A stretch of DNA of 64,000 nt. Source: an uncultured cyanobacterium (GTDB lineage Bacteria; Cyanobacteriota; Cyanobacteriia; Phormidesmidales; Phormidesmidaceae). The stretch spans positions 19,173-83,172 of the forward strand of contig CAWHWK010000004.1 in assembly GCA_963833005.1 (NCBI GenBank), in the 5' to 3' direction. Shown in pieces: positions 62,703 to 64,000 of the stretch (position 1 is its first letter; each line of letters begins with the position of its first letter). The position numbers and the translations under genes were made by a program. The notes under the pieces were generated by a model that was given only the letters and a program-made list of their open reading frames with translations, made no database searches and was not told where the DNA came from.

Positions 62703-64000
62703 CTACGCATCATCACCCGCCTGGTAAACCTGTAGCGCAAAGTGATCCAGCTTCATTGTCCCTTCTAGGTTCTGAGCAGGGCCAGCCGCCATCAATCGCG
62801 ACGATAGCACAGCCTCAGTCTGCGCATTTAACGCCGCTGCCTCGGCATCCGTTTTTGGGGCCTCCCATAGGGGATAGTCCGAATTTAGCCACAGCACGGT
62901 CGAGTATGCTTTGGCTGTCAGCGCGTTCTCTAGCGCAGCAGGCAGCTCTGCCGGTTTTGTTGCCAGCACATCTACAGCCTCTCCGTCTAAATAATAAATC
63001 GAGCGCAGCACATGCCCCCAAGCCTGCGTATTCATCGCCACCAGCGTCGGCTCATCAGTCTCAGGCAAACTTCTCGCCACCTGATGAAAAATTTGGCGAT
63101 CGCGCAGCCCAAAATCACCCACATTCACCGCCAAATAAATCGCTAGCAGCCCCACCGTCAGCCCCTCTCGCCAGCGCCCGGTCCCACGATCTAGCCAAGC
63201 CGCTACCAGCAGCACGCATCCTGGCAGCACCGCAATTGTCGATCGCCCCCAGCCAAACCCCAGCGTATACGTCCCCATCACCACATCAATACCCAGCGCC
63301 ACCGCCAGTGGAAACAGGCCCATCAGCCCTCCAATCATCAAAATTCGATACTGCCGCCGCCGGTACAGACCAACCACACAAACCACCAAAAAGCCCAGTA
63401 CCCCGCAGCCCACTGCCACCGCCGTCGGCTTGATATCATCTACTACTGGCAGCATTCCAGCAGTTAGCTGACCCAGTAGCAGATGATCGCCCACCGTCTG
63501 CGCCAGATCTTTGCCGTGGCGCAGCGCCGACTGTAGGGGTCCCCCTTCTACAGAAATTTGACTAAGCACATCGCCACGGTTTCTAGCTTGCTGTCGCACG
63601 CCCCACAGTGCCCAAGGCGAAAACAACAAAACGCCCGCCCCCAGCGTCAGACCGTGCTGAAACCAGCGCTTGCGATCTAAGTACAGCGCCAGCGCTGCGA
63701 GTGCAAATAGCCAGTAGGCAAATAGGTACTGCGTCATTAGACCCGCCGTAATAGAGAGAACGACCAGGCATCGCAGTAGTCCGGCGGCGCTTCGAGATAG
63801 CGTAGCGCTGCGATCTGCTCGAAGCGTTGCTCGACTCTCTAGCAGCGCCAGCCATCCCCATCCGCTCACCAGCACCCAAAACACCATTCCCATATACATT
63901 CGCAAGTTCAACGAATGCGCCAGGAAAAAGGGGTTCATCGCTAGCAGCGCCGTAAAGATTAAGCCGCCGCGCTGCCCCAAAACTCGCCGTCCTAAAAAAT
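62703..64000 (-). CDS. Glycosyltransferase family 39 (ArnT/PMT-like) membrane protein, 5' end outside the window
   Basis: The frame is open to position 64000, upstream of the called TTG start. ..NPFFLAHSLNLRMY.. resembles the conserved GT39 loop. Multi-TM N-terminal part with a soluble C-terminal part. Confidence 0.6.
   Translation of the reverse strand, partial: FLGRRVLGQRGGLIFTALLAMNPFFLAHSLNLRMYMGMVFWVLVSGWGWLALLESRATLRADRSATLSRSAAGLLRCLVVLSITAGLMTQYLFAYWLFALAALALYLDRKRWFQHGLTLGAGVLLFSPWALWGVRQQARNRGDVLSQISVEGGPLQSALRHGKDLAQTVGDHLLLGQLTAGMLPVVDDIKPTAVAVGCGVLGFLVVCVVGLYRRRQYRILMIGGLMGLFPLAVALGIDVVMGTYTLGFGWGRSTIAVLPGCVLLVAAWLDRGTGRWREGLTVGLLAIYLAVNVGDFGLRDRQIFHQVARSLPETDEPTLVAMNTQAWGHVLRSIYYLDGEAVDVLATKPAELPAALENALTAKAYSTVLWLNSDYPLWEAPKTDAEAAALNAQTEAVLSSRLMAAGPAQNLEGTMKLDHFALQVYQAGDDA

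Overview
This is a 64-kb chromosomal segment from a cyanobacterium. The evidence is dozens of copies of the HIP1 octamer GCGATCGC plus typical gene content (futA/futC, cofH, Uma2, orthocaspase). I cannot name the genus from sequence alone. I support about 45 protein genes, one tRNA-Gly(CCC), three IS elements (IS66, IS5 and IS630 families), one MITE-like insertion and many short tandem repeats. Housekeeping anchors are carB, leuS, cofH, a glycogen debranching enzyme and an M20 amidohydrolase.

Accessory content, left to right:
- A STAS/cNMP-binding gene split by an IS66 element.
- A SWIM zinc-finger protein and a signal-less PhoD-like phosphatase.
- A two-gene EACC1-like / orthocaspase-EF-hand-FGE module. 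This is my best candidate for an uncharacterised conflict system. The effector carries a 3' frameshift.
- A metal island: a ZiaR/SmtB-like repressor with a His-rich PIB-2 ATPase, then DUF411(CopG) and two tandem multicopper oxidases (one frameshifted), then a divergent OmpR-type regulator.
- An AT-rich, HIP1-free island. It starts with a MITE-like insertion in that regulator and holds IS5, a decayed IS630, gene remnants and an archaeal-type (DUF120) riboflavin-kinase-like gene.
- A redox/amidohydrolase cluster of mostly uncharacterised families: hydantoinase-like, AspH-like, DUF1838, VOC, MDR and NTF2-like genes, followed by ArsH.
- A futA-piuC-futC iron cluster with a Fur-box-like site.
- Two paralogous giant secreted proteins.
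- A GT-C/GtrA/GT39 envelope glycosylation cluster.

A recurring sequence-level oddity is 11-16 bp tandem repeats lying directly on or next to stop codons (8 genes) or start codons (3-4 genes). All family assignments rest on motif recognition by eye; no database search was run.
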